Position numbers and translations under genes: made by a program. The notes under the pieces are model-generated. The model saw only the letters and a program-made list of their open reading frames with translations. It made no database searches and was not told the origin of the DNA. From an uncultured Treponema sp. (GTDB lineage: Bacteria > Spirochaetota > Spirochaetia > Treponematales > Treponemataceae), in assembly GCA_947176045.1 (NCBI GenBank), contig CAMWPF010000001.1:1-39349 (forward strand): a stretch of DNA of 39,349 bases, read 5' to 3'. Below are positions 8,419 through 16,164 of the stretch, one piece after another. Numbering within the stretch: position 1 is the first letter of the stretch; each line of letters begins with the position of its first letter.

Positions 8419-9438
8419 TTACGGATTATGATGGAAATATGCAATTGTGTAATCGGATATTTTTTGGAATCCCAGCTTTCTGTACAGGCCTGCCGCCGCA
8501 GCGTTTTCCTTCTTCACGAACAGGACAGCTGACTTCTTTTCATGAAGGATCCGGCACAGCAGCGCACGGACGACCGCATATCCGTACTGCCGCCACCGGA
8601 ATTCCGGGCGTGTGTACACGCCGCCAAGCTGCGCGCACTGAAATCCGTCCGCGCTCGTCCCTGCCTTCGCCGCAAAGAGCGGCGCCGCCGCACTGCCTGC
8701 CGGCAGAACCCGGAGCGCATAGACGGCCTGCGTCCGCAGCGTGTGCATGAGCCGCAGGCGGCACAAATGCTCGTCGAACGGAATGTGCGCCGGAAGCACT
8801 TCCTCAATTTCATACGCCTTCTGCAATTCCAGCAACGAATGCAGCTCGTCCGGCGGCGGCGACTTTCCGAACCGGACAATCTGTCCGCCGGATTCCAGCG
8901 GAACAGCCGCGCACGCCTGAAACCGGCGGCGGTCGAGCCGCATGAGGTCGTATCTGTTCGTCTGAACAGGAGCGGCGCCGTGCGCCGCCAGAACGTCCAG
9001 AACAAGCGCGGCGCCTCCCGCGCAGCCGTTGACGCACGCCGGAGGAAAGACCGGCACGCCGTCCGTTCCAGCAGAGCCATCAGGCGCGCCCTGCCGGACG
9101 CCTTCAAAAAATGCGGACAAAGCGGCGGAAAAAGCGCGCTGTCGGACAGACCGCTCGTCCCGCACCTTTGAATCCGCCGGAAGCGCCGGTTCCGCAAACG
9201 GCAGGCACAGCAGCAACGTCCGCCGGAAGGAAATGACGCCGCACAGCCGCGCCGCAAACGAATTCCCGCCGGAATCCGCCGCAACGTCCGCGCCGTCGTC
9301 CAGCACGGCGAACGCGCCCCCAACAGAACGGCGGAGCGACGCCGACAGCTGGACGCAGTACGGCTCGTGGCGCTTGATGAAGGCGGCGACGTCCGCACGA
9401 CGCGGAAGAGGAAGCCGGAAAATCGGAATCAGGCGCAT
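8419..9438 (-). CDS. GNAT family N-acetyltransferase (C-terminal GNAT domain)
   Basis: Start placed at ATG 9438, overlapping the DUF711 stop (TGATG). C-terminal 'QLGGVYTRPEFRWRQYG...LFVKKENAAAAGLYRKLGF' GNAT motifs A/B. Confidence 0.8.
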   Translation of the reverse strand: MRLIPIFRLPLPRRADVAAFIKRHEPYCVQLSASLRRSVGGAFAVLDDGADVAADSGGNSFAARLCGVISFRRTLLLCLPFAEPALPADSKVRDERSVRQRAFSAALSAFFEGVRQGAPDGSAGTDGVPVFPPACVNGCAGGAALVLDVLAAHGAAPVQTNRYDLMRLDRRRFQACAAVPLESGGQIVRFGKSPPPDELHSLLELQKAYEIEEVLPAHIPFDEHLCRLRLMHTLRTQAVYALRVLPAGSAAAPLFAAKAGTSADGFQCAQLGGVYTRPEFRWRQYGYAVVRALLCRILHEKKSAVLFVKKENAAAAGLYRKLGFQKISDYTIAYFHHNP

Positions 9439-10799
9439 CAGTTGCGGAAGCTGTGGATGGGAGCGGGAATGCGCCCGCCGCGGTTGATGAAGTCCGCGCA
9501 GCCGAACGGATTGACGCGCATGATGGGCGCGCCGCCGAGCAGTCCGCCGAATTCCGCCCACTCCCCTTCCTTCTTTCCAATGACTGGAATCAGGCGCACC
9601 GCCGTCGTCTTGTTGTTGACCATGCCGATCGCAAGCTCGTCGGCGATGATGCCGCTGATGGTCGTCGCCGGAGTGTCGCCCGGAACCGCAATCATATCCA
9701 GTCCGACGGAACACACCGTCGTCATCGCCTCCAGCTTTTCCAGCGAAATGGAATTCTGCCGCACCGCGTTTATCATGCCTTCGTCCTCTGAAACTGGAAT
9801 GAACGCGCCGGACAATCCGCCGACGCGCGTCGAAGCCATGACGCCGCCCTTCTTCACCATGTCGGTGAGCATCGCAAGCGCCGCCGTCGTGCCGGGCGCG
9901 CCCGCGCCTTCCAGTCCGCATTCCTCCAGAATCCGGGCGACGGAATCGCCCACCGCCGGCGTCGGCGCAAGGGAGAGGTCGAGGATGCCGAAGTCCACGC
10001 CGAGCCGGCGCGCCGCCTCCGTTCCGACAAGCTGCCCCATGCGGGAAACCTTGAACGCCATCTTTTTGATTCCTTCCGCAAGGACGTCGATCGGCTTTCC
10101 CTTGTACTCCCGCGCCGCGGCGAGAATGACGCCCGGCCCGCTCACGCCGACAGAAAGCACCGCGTCGCCTTCGCCCGGCCCGTGGAACGCGCCCGCCATG
10201 AACGGATTGTCTTCCGGCGCATTGCAGAAGACGACGAGCTTGGAGCAGCCGATGCTGTCGCGCTCCTTCGTGCGCTCCGCCGTCTTAATGATGATGCCGC
10301 CGAGCAGCTTCACGGCATCCATGTTGATGCCGTTCTTGGTCGTGCCGAGATTGATTGAAGCGCAGACCCGCTCCGTGACGGCGAGCGCCTCAGGAATCGA
10401 CTCGATGAGCGTCCGGTCGCCCGGCGTCATGCCTTTCTGGACGAGCGCGGAAAAGCCGCCGACAAAGTCGATTCCCAGCTCCTTCGCAACCTTGTCGAGC
10501 ATGACCGCCCATTCGACATAGCTGTCCTCGCCGGACGGCTCGGCGACAAGTGAAATCGGCGTAACGGCGACGCGCTTGTTGATGATTGGAACGCCGAATT
10601 CCGTTTCGATTTCCTTTCCGACAGCCACAAGGCGGCCCGCATACCGCATGATTTTATCGTACATCTTCTGCCGGCTCCGCCGTCCGTCCTCGCAGGCGCA
10701 GTCGCGGAGCGAAATGCCCATCGTAATGGCGCGGACGTCCAGCTTCTGGCGCATGAACATATTGACAGTCTCTTGAATTTCAACAGGCGAAAAAATCAT
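9438..10799 (-). CDS. DUF711 / UPF0210 (PFL-like fold) protein
   Basis: Start ATG 10799 with a GAGGTG RBS. 'EIQETVNM...[15 protein letters not shown]', '[12 protein letters not shown]', '[13 protein letters not shown]', '[14 protein letters not shown]', '[13 protein letters not shown]', '[13 protein letters not shown]'. Confidence 0.92.
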   Translation of the reverse strand: MIFSPVEIQETVNMFMRQKLDVRAITMGISLRDCACEDGRRSRQKMYDKIMRYAGRLVAVGKEIETEFGVPIINKRVAVTPISLVAEPSGEDSYVEWAVMLDKVAKELGIDFVGGFSALVQKGMTPGDRTLIESIPEALAVTERVCASINLGTTKNGINMDAVKLLGGIIIKTAERTKERDSIGCSKLVVFCNAPEDNPFMAGAFHGPGEGDAVLSVGVSGPGVILAAAREYKGKPIDVLAEGIKKMAFKVSRMGQLVGTEAARRLGVDFGILDLSLAPTPAVGDSVARILEECGLEGAGAPGTTAALAMLTDMVKKGGVMASTRVGGLSGAFIPVSEDEGMINAVRQNSISLEKLEAMTTVCSVGLDMIAVPGDTPATTISGIIADELAIGMVNNKTTAVRLIPVIGKKEGEWAEFGGLLGGAPIMRVNPFGCADFINRGGRIPAPIHSFRN

Positions 10800-10847
10800 A
10801 CGGCACCTCAAAAAACGGACTTGCGGCAGCATCTGCCGGCGCACACC

Positions 10848-10911
10848 ATTGTACTGAAAAACAGCCCGTTTGCAAATGCGTTTTGCATTTCCGCCGGATT
10901 TCGCGTATAAT
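10848..10911. promoter_or_regulatory. Back-to-back divergent sigma70 promoters (DUF711 operon and ppk1)
   Basis: Plus strand: TTGCAT (10883-10888), 17 bp, TATAAT (10906-10911). Minus strand: TTGCAA (10875-10870), 16 bp, TACAAT (10853-10848). Confidence 0.65.
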
Positions 10912-10948
10912 TTCACCTATATCACCTATAATCGATGGCGGTGTACTT

Positions 10949-13072
10949 ATGGAACCACGTTTTTTCAACAGAGAGCTTTCCTGGCTCGAATTCAACGCCA
11001 GAGTCTTGCATCAGGCGCTCCGGAAGGAGCTTCCGCTTTTGGAACGGCTGCAATTCCTGTCCATCATCACGAGCAATTTCGATGAATTCTTCCAAGTCCG
11101 CGTCGCCGCCGTCAAACGGGCGCAGTTCGCCGCGCCGCATGAAGCCGACGTCTCCGGACTGACGCCGGACATCGTCCTGCAGCAAATTTCCGTGCGGGCG
11201 CACCAAATCATCCGCCAGCAGCAGGACTGCCTCATGAACGACGTCCTTCCTGCGCTCGCGGAGCGGAACATCGTCTACGTCACGCCGGCGGACTTCACCG
11301 CGCCACAGAACGACTTCGTCCAGAATTTCTTCCGCACGGAAGTCTATCCGCTGCTGACGCCGCGCCGCACCGACACGGCGGAATTCCCGCTCATCGGAAA
11401 CCTCGCCCTGCACGCCGCCTTCCTGCTGAAGCCAATCTTCCGCGCGAATTCCGCGAACGTCGACTTCAAGGGCAGCGACGACGTGCCGCGCATTTCGTTC
11501 GTCAAAATTCCCGACGGCGTGCCGAAAGTCATCTGGCTGCCGTCGGAGCGCGGCAGGAAGTGCTTCACGCTCCTCGACGACGTCATCCTCCAGTGCGGAA
11601 CGCAGCTGTTTCCGGGGCTGGGCGTTGAGGAGGCGATGCTCTTCAAAGTCGCCCGCGACGCCGACTTCGCCGTCGACGAAGATTCCGGCCGCAACTTCAT
11701 CCACGAAATGGAAAAAGTGCTTGTCAGACGCAATTCGTCGTTCGCCGTCCAGCTTTCCTGCAACAATACGAGCGAGACGATTTTGAAATTCTTCATGGAA
11801 AAGCTGGAGCTGGCGGAGGAGGACGTCTACCGGATTGACGGAATCCTTGATCCGTCCGCGCTTATGGCGCTGCGGGACACGGAGGAAAGCGCGCGGCTGT
11901 CGTTCCCGGCGTGGCAGCACTTCTATCCGCCGGAACTGCCGCAGGAGGAGCCGTTCTGGAACACGCTCAAGCAGCGCGACATCTTGCTCCACGTCCCCTA
12001 TGAATCATACGAGCCGGTCGTCAAATTCATTTCGGATGCCGCGGACGATCCCGACGTCCTCGCCATCAAGATGACCTTGTATCGGACGGGGCGCGACTCG
12101 CCGATTGTCAAGGCGCTGGAACGCGCCGCTCGCAACGGCAAGCAGGTCGCAGTCCTTGTCGAACTTAAGGCGCGGTTCGACGAAGAGCGGAACATCGCCT
12201 GGGCGAATGAATTGGAGAACGCCGGCGTTACCGTCATCTACGGCCTTGTGAACCTCAAAGTCCATGCGAAGATCCTTATGGTCATGCGCCGGGAGGACGG
12301 CACCATCCGGCGGTACGCGCACATCGCGACAGGAAACTACAATCCGCGGACGGCGAAAGTGTATTCCGACCTTTCGCTGTTCACGGCGAACTACGAAATT
12401 GTCAACGACGCGACGCAGTTCTTCAACGTCGTTACCGGCTATTCGACGCTGCAAGCCATGAAGCATCTGGGAATGGCGCCGGTAACGCTCAAGCCGAAGC
12501 TCCTTGCGATGATCCAGCGTGAAATTGAGCGCAGCGCGCCGGAGCGGCCGGGGCTGATTATCGCGAAGATGAACAGCCTCACCCATGAGGAAATCATCCG
12601 GGCGCTGTATGAGGCGAGCCGCGCCGGAGTCAGAATCCTCCTCAACGTCCGCGGCATCTGCATGCTCGTTCCGGGAGTTCCGGGAATGAGCGAGAACATC
12701 CGCGTCGTTTCAATCGTGGACCGATATCTGGAGCATTCCAGAATCTTCTATTTTCAGAACGGCGGCTCGCAGGAGCTGTACCTTTCCAGCGCGGACTGGA
12801 TGCCGCGGAACCTCGACCGCCGCATCGAACTGCTGTTCCCCGTGCTCGACCGCAAGGCGTTCCACGATGTAAAGAGCATCCTCGACACATACTTCCGGGA
12901 CAACACGAACGCCCACCAGCTGAAGGAGAACGGTGTATGGGAGCCGGTCGCACGCGGCGCGGAAGAGCCGTCGTTCCGGGCGCAGGAAAGCCTCTACAAA
13001 AAGTACCGCCGGCGGTCGGAAGCGGCGGTGAAATTTCCGAAAATTCAATTTGAAGTCCGGCGGAAAGACTGA
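10949..13072 (+). CDS. ppk1: Polyphosphate kinase 1
   Basis: Start ATG 10949. 'FFNRELSWLEFNARVL', 'SNFDEFFQVRVA', 'DILLHVPYESY', 'AIKMTLYRT', 'VELKARFDEERNI', 'KVHAK', 'TGNYN', 'RYLEHSRI', 'SADWMPRNLDRRIE'. Confidence 0.97.
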   Translation: MEPRFFNRELSWLEFNARVLHQALRKELPLLERLQFLSIITSNFDEFFQVRVAAVKRAQFAAPHEADVSGLTPDIVLQQISVRAHQIIRQQQDCLMNDVLPALAERNIVYVTPADFTAPQNDFVQNFFRTEVYPLLTPRRTDTAEFPLIGNLALHAAFLLKPIFRANSANVDFKGSDDVPRISFVKIPDGVPKVIWLPSERGRKCFTLLDDVILQCGTQLFPGLGVEEAMLFKVARDADFAVDEDSGRNFIHEMEKVLVRRNSSFAVQLSCNNTSETILKFFMEKLELAEEDVYRIDGILDPSALMALRDTEESARLSFPAWQHFYPPELPQEEPFWNTLKQRDILLHVPYESYEPVVKFISDAADDPDVLAIKMTLYRTGRDSPIVKALERAARNGKQVAVLVELKARFDEERNIAWANELENAGVTVIYGLVNLKVHAKILMVMRREDGTIRRYAHIATGNYNPRTAKVYSDLSLFTANYEIVNDATQFFNVVTGYSTLQAMKHLGMAPVTLKPKLLAMIQREIERSAPERPGLIIAKMNSLTHEEIIRALYEASRAGVRILLNVRGICMLVPGVPGMSENIRVVSIVDRYLEHSRIFYFQNGGSQELYLSSADWMPRNLDRRIELLFPVLDRKAFHDVKSILDTYFRDNTNAHQLKENGVWEPVARGAEEPSFRAQESLYKKYRRRSEAAVKFPKIQFEVRRKD

Positions 13073-13121
13073 GCCGCGCCGGAACGGACAGATTTGAAGG
13101 CCGGAAATCCGGGAGCAGGGC

Positions 13122-14660
13122 ATGATTTGTATCGAAACAAAGGTGAAGCTTCCCTTCCTGTGGGGAAGGCAGGCGTTCCAAAAAACGAACTGGGCGCAGA
13201 TCAACTTGATTGTCGGGCCGAACGGCTCCGGCAAGACGCTCCTCGCATCCGAACTGGCAGAACAGTTTTCAGCCGCCGGGCATCCGGTGGAATTCCTGCG
13301 CTCGGATCGGACGGAGCAGGAAGGACACCTGACAAAGCTCAAGGAAGATTCCGAAATCCGCCGGAAGGTCGAAATGGTGCTTTCAAATATGTTCGGAAAA
13401 TCCATCCGGTTCGAGGAGCGCGCGGACGACTCCGTCGTCCCCTTGGTCGCAGACACCGCGCGCAACGTCGAGTACGGCCTCCGGGACGGCGAATGCCACG
13501 GCCTCAAGGAAATCCTCACGCTGCTCGTCTCTCTGTACAGCAGCACGTCCGGCTGCCTCATTTTGGACGAGCCGGAGCTTCATCTGCATCCGCAGTTCCA
13601 GCTGTTCTTCATGAATGAAATCAGAAAAGTCGCCGCGTCGGATTCCCGGCGGATATTCTTCCTGATAACCCATTCCCCGTTCTTCATCGACCTGCGCTTT
13701 CCCGAAGATTTGATCGGCGTCGTCGTCTGCCACAGCAACCGCGCGCCGACGCACATTGAGTCGCTCAGCGACGAAGACGAGGCGATGTTCTGCCGCTTCC
13801 TGCCGCGGTTCAACACCTATCACAAGCAGTTCTTCTTTTCCGACAATCAGATTTTCGTCGAAGGCTACACTGACCAGCAGCTGTTCTCAAACCTCCTCGG
13901 CTGCATTGAAAATCCGCAGGATTCGGCCGGAACAGGAATCATCGACGTCGGCGGCAAGGATGAGCTCGGCGTCTTCTTCAAAGTCTGCTCGCTGCTCGGC
14001 ACAGACGGACGGATTATCACCGACCTCGATTCGCTGTTCTGCGGAAAGCTTCGCGACGTCGTCTGCGCCGACAGCAGGCCCGCGCGGTGGCTTGAAAAGC
14101 AGCACGAAAAACAGCTGCCGTTCTACCGCTCGGCGTTCACTAAAAAGGAAGTCCAGCAGGACATTACGCTGGAACGGCTGATTCAAAAATTGGAGGCGCT
14201 GCTTGCCGCCGTTGGAAAAAGCGTCTGCGAAACAGACGGCAGCTTTTCCGCGGAAATCAGGCTGTTCGTCGGAAAGGTCAAGGAGCTGCATGAAAAGCAC
14301 GAGAACGCCGGCGCGCTCGACACGTTCAAGACCGTCGTCCTCCAAGGCGTCACGCGGCTTGACTGGAAGCTTGCGGACATCCTGCCGGTGCCAGTCGCGG
14401 CAACGCTGCCGCTGATTAAAAACCTCGCGAATTTGATTTTTGCGGCGGCGGAGGCGGCGCGCGTTTATATCCTGCCCGGCGGCTGCATCGAACACTACTA
14501 CAAGCGGAACAAGATCGACTATATGCCTGTTTCCGCGAAAGACCGCCTGTTCCATACGGAGCTGGAATACATCATTACCGCGCCGCTGCGGGAACTGCGC
14601 ACGGAATACCCCGAACTGATACACATCCTGCGGCGCGCCTGCATGAAATTCCCCGTGTAA
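13122..14660 (+). CDS. OLD-like ATP-dependent nuclease (ABC-type ATPase + TOPRIM)
   Basis: Walker A GPNGSGKT (13215-13238), Walker B/D-loop ILDEPELHLHP, H-loop ITHSP. TOPRIM 'IFVEGYTD' (~13851), 'IIDVGGK', DxD 'ITDLD' (14022-14030), late 'YILPGGCIEHYY'. Confidence 0.8.
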   Translation: MICIETKVKLPFLWGRQAFQKTNWAQINLIVGPNGSGKTLLASELAEQFSAAGHPVEFLRSDRTEQEGHLTKLKEDSEIRRKVEMVLSNMFGKSIRFEERADDSVVPLVADTARNVEYGLRDGECHGLKEILTLLVSLYSSTSGCLILDEPELHLHPQFQLFFMNEIRKVAASDSRRIFFLITHSPFFIDLRFPEDLIGVVVCHSNRAPTHIESLSDEDEAMFCRFLPRFNTYHKQFFFSDNQIFVEGYTDQQLFSNLLGCIENPQDSAGTGIIDVGGKDELGVFFKVCSLLGTDGRIITDLDSLFCGKLRDVVCADSRPARWLEKQHEKQLPFYRSAFTKKEVQQDITLERLIQKLEALLAAVGKSVCETDGSFSAEIRLFVGKVKELHEKHENAGALDTFKTVVLQGVTRLDWKLADILPVPVAATLPLIKNLANLIFAAAEAARVYILPGGCIEHYYKRNKIDYMPVSAKDRLFHTELEYIITAPLRELRTEYPELIHILRRACMKFPV

Positions 14661-14670
14661 CGCCCGACCG

Positions 14671-15264
14671 CTACGCCTGCGGCGGAAGCCGCTCAGTTCG
14701 GAGCAGGTTTCCGTCCAAGTCGAACAGCGAGACCGTCCGCCGCTCGTACACGGCGAATCCGGCGGCGGAGCCGCCTTTGGGAAGCGACGGCGAGCCGGGA
14801 TTGCAGACAAGGATTCCGGCGGAATTGCATTCAAGGACGCCGATGTGCGTGTGTCCATAAAAGACAACGCTATTCGCCGCAGGAACGTCCGGAACAGCGC
14901 TCCCCGGCACGGCGACGCTTCCGTCCGCTCGCAGCGGCGCGTAGACATGCCCGTGCGTGCAGAACAGCGCCGCGCCGTCGTCAACAACCTGCACATAATC
15001 CGCCATAATCGGAAAATGCAGGACCATCTGATCCACTTCTGCATCGCAGTTTCCGCGGCAGGCAAGGATCACGTCCGCAGCCGCATTGAGCCGCTCCGCG
15101 GCGCCCGCCGGACAATGCCCTTCGGGAAGCGGATTGCGCGGCCCGTGGTAGAGGATGTCGCCCAGCAGGATCAGGCGGTCGCAATGCAGATTTGAGAACT
15201 GCCGAAGAACCGCAGCAGCCGCGGCTTCCGAACCGTGGATGTCCGAGCAAATCAAATATTTCAT
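14671..15264 (-). CDS. yfcE: YfcE-type metallophosphoesterase (phosphodiesterase)
   Basis: Start ATG 15264, ATGA overlap with the upstream stop. 'SDIHGS', 'LGDILYHGPRNPLP', 'RGNCDAEVDQM', 'THGH', 'GHTH', 'NPGS.SLPKG'. Confidence 0.9.
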   Translation of the reverse strand: MKYLICSDIHGSEAAAAAVLRQFSNLHCDRLILLGDILYHGPRNPLPEGHCPAGAAERLNAAADVILACRGNCDAEVDQMVLHFPIMADYVQVVDDGAALFCTHGHVYAPLRADGSVAVPGSAVPDVPAANSVVFYGHTHIGVLECNSAGILVCNPGSPSLPKGGSAAGFAVYERRTVSLFDLDGNLLRTERLPPQA

Positions 15265-16034
15265 CGGACCAGTTCGTACAAAATGACGGACGCCGCCTGC
15301 GCCACGTTCAGGCTGTCGACCGGAGCTTCCTTCGCGCCGCCCTTCATGCCGGCGAACGGAATCAGGACGAGCGCGTCGCAGTTCCGCCGCGCCTCGTTGG
15401 AGATGCCGCGCTCCTCGTTTCCAAGGACGACCAACGCAGGCTTTCCGCCGCATATCGCCCGGATGTCGGACGCGGGCGTCTTTGCCTTCAAGTCCGTTCC
15501 GATGCGGATCATGCGCCCGGAAAGCGCCTCCATCAGCCGGGAGACGGAGCGCACGGAGTACAGTCGCACATATTCCATGCCGCCCTCCGCGATGCGGTAT
15601 GCGCTCGTCGTAAGCGCGCCCGCCGCCTCGTCTTCGGGAATGACGATGTTCTTGATTCCGAAAAAGGCGGCGCTGCGGACAATCGCCCCGAAATTGTTCG
15701 CGTTCCCGATGTGATCCAGCAGCAGCGTATGCTCGCCGTCCGCAACCCAGCCGTCAACGGTGTCGGAATCGACTGGATCGATTTCCGGCATGAAAATCAT
15801 CGCGACGACGCCCTGATGATGAACCGTGCCGCACAGCTTTTCCAGCTCCGCCGGATCCTTGACCATATTGTAGATGCCGCGGCGCTTCGCCAGCGCCTTG
15901 CACAGTCCGCCGAACAGCGGCGCGTTCTCCTCTGTAAAATAAAACCGGCGGATGCGCTCGCCGTGGATTTTTTCCACTTTTTTGACCGCGGCGAATCCGC
16001 AGACGGCAAGCTCGTTGTTCTGTTTGTTCCTCAT
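15261..16034 (-). CDS. TrmH/SpoU family RNA 2'-O-methyltransferase
   Basis: 'HHQGVVA', 'LDHIGNANNFGAIVRSAAFFG', 'VLGNEERGIS', 'DSLNVAQAASVILYE' SPOUT motifs. Start at ATG 16034. Confidence 0.92.
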   Translation of the reverse strand: MRNKQNNELAVCGFAAVKKVEKIHGERIRRFYFTEENAPLFGGLCKALAKRRGIYNMVKDPAELEKLCGTVHHQGVVAMIFMPEIDPVDSDTVDGWVADGEHTLLLDHIGNANNFGAIVRSAAFFGIKNIVIPEDEAAGALTTSAYRIAEGGMEYVRLYSVRSVSRLMEALSGRMIRIGTDLKAKTPASDIRAICGGKPALVVLGNEERGISNEARRNCDALVLIPFAGMKGGAKEAPVDSLNVAQAASVILYELVR

Positions 16035-16060
16035 GCGTCCAGTATAAAGCAAATCGCCCG

Positions 16061-16101
16061 AAACAAAAAGGGGGCGCCCTGCACAGCAGGGCGCCCCCTT
16101 T
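16061..16101 (-). terminator. Strong intrinsic terminator downstream of ppdK
   Basis: 16-bp inverted repeat AAAGGGGGCGCCCTGC-aca-GCAGGGCGCCCCCTTT (16067-16101). The minus strand continues into TTTTTGTTT. Confidence 0.9.
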
Positions 16102-16164
16102 CTCGCTGCGGAAGCTCAGGCACCAGCCGCGCGTTCCGCAGTTCGGTTCAGCTCAACACATCGC

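Noticed and set aside
13122-15264. Two-gene defence system made of the OLD-like nuclease plus the metallophosphoesterase
   Set aside because: The genes are convergent, and the phosphoesterase is a typical housekeeping YfcE coupled to the TrmH-family gene.
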